64,000 nt of DNA from Guillardia theta CCMP2712. Lineage: Eukaryota > Protista > Cryptophyta. The stretch lies in the NCBI RefSeq assembly GCF_000315625.1, contig NW_005434648.1, forward strand, positions 410,974-474,973, given 5' to 3'. Shown here one piece after another: positions 60,640-64,000 of the stretch (positions are counted from its first letter, which is position 1; every line of letters starts with the position of its first letter). The translations under genes were made by a program, and so were the position numbers. The notes beneath the pieces are model-generated. The model saw only the letters and a program-made list of their open reading frames with translations. It was not told where the DNA came from and did no database searches.

Positions 60640-62720
60640 AGCATGTTGTGCGAGGGGTGGTGACTTAATCCGTAGGGCCCTGTATAGTCCTCCTAGACAA
60701 CCTACCCTACCTTTGCCCTCAAACCACCCCCCTATCGCCCTTGGAAAGAGGGGTAAAGGTGCAACCAGTAGGTCATTAGCACTAGCCATGTAACCACCCA
60801 CCCCCTTGCTTGGCAAGGCAAAGTCAAGGAGGCAGAAGGAATCGTGACAATACAGCACTTTGAAGAAAGCTTATTGAAGTTTTGTACCTATATTTCAAAC
60901 TCAAGAATTGTAATTTCAGTTTTCAAGAACTTGATTCACAATTGTGACCGGGTACGGTATGAACAGCAGGGCCTACAAGACAATTCAAGGCTACTGGCAC
61001 CCACCAACCTGAATTTGGCTTTGAGTACCCCTACCTATTCGTCATACAGAAAATCACCCCACCCTTTCATAGTGTGACCATGGCTTCGACCCACCCCAGC
61101 CGTCACTGGTTGTAAGGAGAAATTCCGGGCCTACCCCTTGTTTCACAGGAGTACCCACCCCTGATTGCCAAGGTACGGTACCATGAGCAACCCTACAAAT
61201 AATGATTCTACTTGGACCACCCAGTGACCCCCTGGTTTCATATCTGAAAGTACCCCACCTCGAATACATCTGACTCTCACAATACCCCCGACCTTTTTGA
61301 TGAAAAAGGTGAAGCGGGTGGCGACCACGATTCGAAAGAGAGGTCGCAACATGCCAAAATCTTTCTGAAACATTTGAAAATAAAAGTCAACTTTCTATTT
61401 GAGAATGTCAACGTTGGAAAACGACGAACTCTACTGGGGTGGGGTGGGATCAACTTTCCATCTCTTCTGTCTCTGATTTACTTTGAAAACACCTCTTTTC
61501 AGTCAAATTTCTCTAAACTTACTACCTACCCTACACACTATCCTGCGTTTTCTTGGTGTTCGGACCCCTCCTTGTCGAACCCCAATGACCCCTGCAGTAC
61601 CCCCCATTCTCCCTCAGTCAGCTGGGTCCCCGGTCAACCCGTTGTCTCTTCTACTCTTTTCAGTTAACTTGAATAATTTTGGATCCGGAGATGCCGTCGG
61701 GCCCCCGGGCCCGCCCCGTCAGTGTCGGGGGCAACAACAGGCGCAGCTGCGGGCGCAACTTCGATTCGGTGACTTCGAGTACCGTTACCAACCGTTACTT
61801 GAGCTCAAAGGGCGGAACCGTACTGGCCCGGTGTGGTCAGGCCCGGGCCTCCCGGACTAACTAGTCTTTACTCAAAGTTAAGTTAAAATCAGTACGAGGA
61901 CAATCAGACCCAGAGAGACGGTGACTCTCACTATCGCAGGCTCGATTTCCGGAATGTTCACTGACTTGAACTCACTGTCGAAGCTTTTCAGAGCGAGAGG
62001 TAAGACTCCTCCTCCTCCTCCTCCTCCTCTGCATGCTCTTGTTCGCGTGACGATGCTCTTGACGCTGCCAACAAGGGTCGCAGAAGTCAGCAGGTGAACT
62101 CAGTAGGAGGAGGCGACTCACGAGTTTGCGGGGCTGAGGGAGGAGCATAGCGTTGCTTTTCCGGCCGGGCGCTCATAGGAAAAATTGGCAATATTTTTTT
62201 TTTTCGAAGGACCTGAGGGGTCCCTTCATTCCATGCCAATTGGGAGTACCCTCCTTTGAGAAGTCATGTGGGAGGGTAGTCGCTCTCATGAAAATCCGAT
62301 CATCGTTGCTGTGCAGGGCCAAAGAGGGGTAGGGTGATTTGAATTTGGTGGCGTGGACACCTCACCACGCCAAACCAATGTAAAAGTACGCATTTTAGGA
62401 GTATCTGTGGTACCAACTTAAAATTGCAGCTCTTACATGGTACAAAATGAGGGCCAAACTGGTCGGAACTTCGACTTCCGAGAACCCCTCCATTTGACTG
62501 TTGTTGGGGGGTAGGGTAGGCATGGAGCACCCTCAACCACCCACCTTTGAAAGAATTTGAAACTGTGTAATAGGGGGTGGGGGGTAGCCCCCTTTTCTCA
62601 TTCCCCAAGCCCCCTCTCCCTGGACGAGCAAGAGGCGATGAAATGGTGCCTTCCTGACTCGCGAGGATGAACCTTGATATTGAGGGACTTCGAATCCAAC
62701 CCAACTGAGATAGGAATGAG
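60640..62720. promoter_or_regulatory. Long intergenic module: ACCCC block, CCGG palindrome block (61680-61860), 42-bp motif, second GGGGT block
   Basis: Dense acccc/ggggt; cgggccc-cc-gggcccg at 61698-61713. Confidence 0.4.
61865..61906 (+). repeat. Conserved ~42-bp motif, copy 2
   Basis: TCTTTACTCAAAGTTAAGTTAAAATCAGTACGAGGACAATCA. Confidence 0.85.
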
Positions 62721-64000
62721 ATGAAGATCTCATATCACATCTGTAAGAGATGATCGAGCTTCTTTCTCAACTCTGCAGGTTGGGCCAAGGTTTGAATCAT
62801 CCAGCGTGTAATGTAATATGTGCCCTTGGTTCATACAATCCGCGAGTGTACTTGCAAATATGCTTCGAAGACATGATGACATTTTTATGAACAGGTAAGG
62901 AACTAATAATGGATACACCATTGAACAGAATCAACTCTGATTGACCCTTCTTTCAAATTGCAGTGCGTTGCACGTTGCGCTCAAATGCATGATTTATGAG
63001 AAATTTGTATTCAACTGTACCTTGAGCGACTTTTCTGTCTAACAATATGTTCTCATGTCATCGCTCACTTTCAATTCTTCTAGTCTTACGGTCAGGATTC
63101 ATGCACTTCACTTTTCTACAGAGGACAGGCTCACACGCACTCAACCGTTCAACGGTGCATGAAGAGACGTTTGCAAAAAGGATGACTTCACCTGCTCGCA
63201 TAGATTACTGTAGAGAATTGTTGTTGATCATGAATCACTATATCCATGATCAAGTGCATTGACCATTGCATTTCCATGTTTCATGACGTAGGATGATTTT
63301 TCTGCACTTGGATTTCTTCCTCAGTCATGATGTTTCCACAACGCTTCAGAAACCTAGTCAGAAATGAAACAATGTGCAGATAAATTTGAGCATCAATAAA
63401 AATAAATGAGATGTTCTTCGAATCAATCCTGCCTTGTTTTGACGGTTCGCAATGCTGCCGTGCAGTTGTAGAGTTCTTGTCGCATGTGGCACTACAGAGG
63501 AGTGCCTTGTTCAACAGAACAAGCACTCGGTGATTGTAAAAGGATCACAAACGCTGTGAATCAATAAATAGAATTCCACATCCAGGGTATCACATCTTTA
63601 TTAGAAGAGTTTCAATCAGGGTAAAAGCACAACCGACCTCCTTGTAATCAAGAACACGTTCCATCTTTTGCCTTGCGAAGGTGTATCTATGTGAACCAAG
63701 AAGCATGTGACATGTGGCCACATCATACATGCTCTACGGCCTGGAATATTGGCATCTTCAAAAGTGCTCATGTTTGCGTTGAGATCATCTGCTTGGCAGC
63801 GGCTCATTGATGAACAAAATCCGATGCAAGTTCACACCAGTAATATTTAGATGATGCATCATGTGATCAAATGGCATAGACCTTGGTGATTTGCAAAATG
63901 TTTCATCGTTCAAACACGTCCTTGAAAATCAGATGAAGAATCCTTCACGAACCACGGGACTTGCTTGTCCGACATCATTCGACAGCACTGCGGATCATGG

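Noticed and set aside
62730-64000. Possible gene fragments at the right end
   Set aside because: Only short ORFs with no recognisable motif; strand and structure not determinable
1-64000. CRISPR arrays, rRNA, tRNA, prokaryotic operons
   Set aside because: None seen; this is intron-rich eukaryotic sequence

Overview
Eukaryotic nuclear DNA, most likely from a cryptophyte alga (Guillardia/Hanusia-like). The basis is a cryptophyte-type phycobiliprotein alpha-subunit gene with a tripartite leader, ASAF-type plastid leaders, many ~50-nt GT-AG introns and an EsV-1-7 repeat gene. About 17 mostly intron-split genes are present: PARP, a CID/F-box/SP-RING locus, two inverted near-identical polycystin(PKD2)-C2 genes, SCC2/NIPBL, a B-box/PH protein, XPC/Rad4, cpeA, an EsV-1-7 protein, RbgA-DnaJ, RPT6, a renalase-like oxidoreductase, a zf-PARP-RAD5/HLTF-like helicase, a START protein and an EF-hand protein. 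Highlights: (1) a ~6.5-kb inverted duplication of a TRPP channel gene with a dense patch of differences in the pore-loop exon; (2) DNA-repair genes that appear to carry signal peptides, making them candidate periplastid/nucleomorph-targeted proteins; (3) a recurring intergenic architecture of GGGGT/ACCCC blocks, CCGG palindrome blocks and a 42-bp motif seen twice; (4) a 1-nt frameshift in cpeA. Exon boundaries and domains were read by eye and no database search was run.
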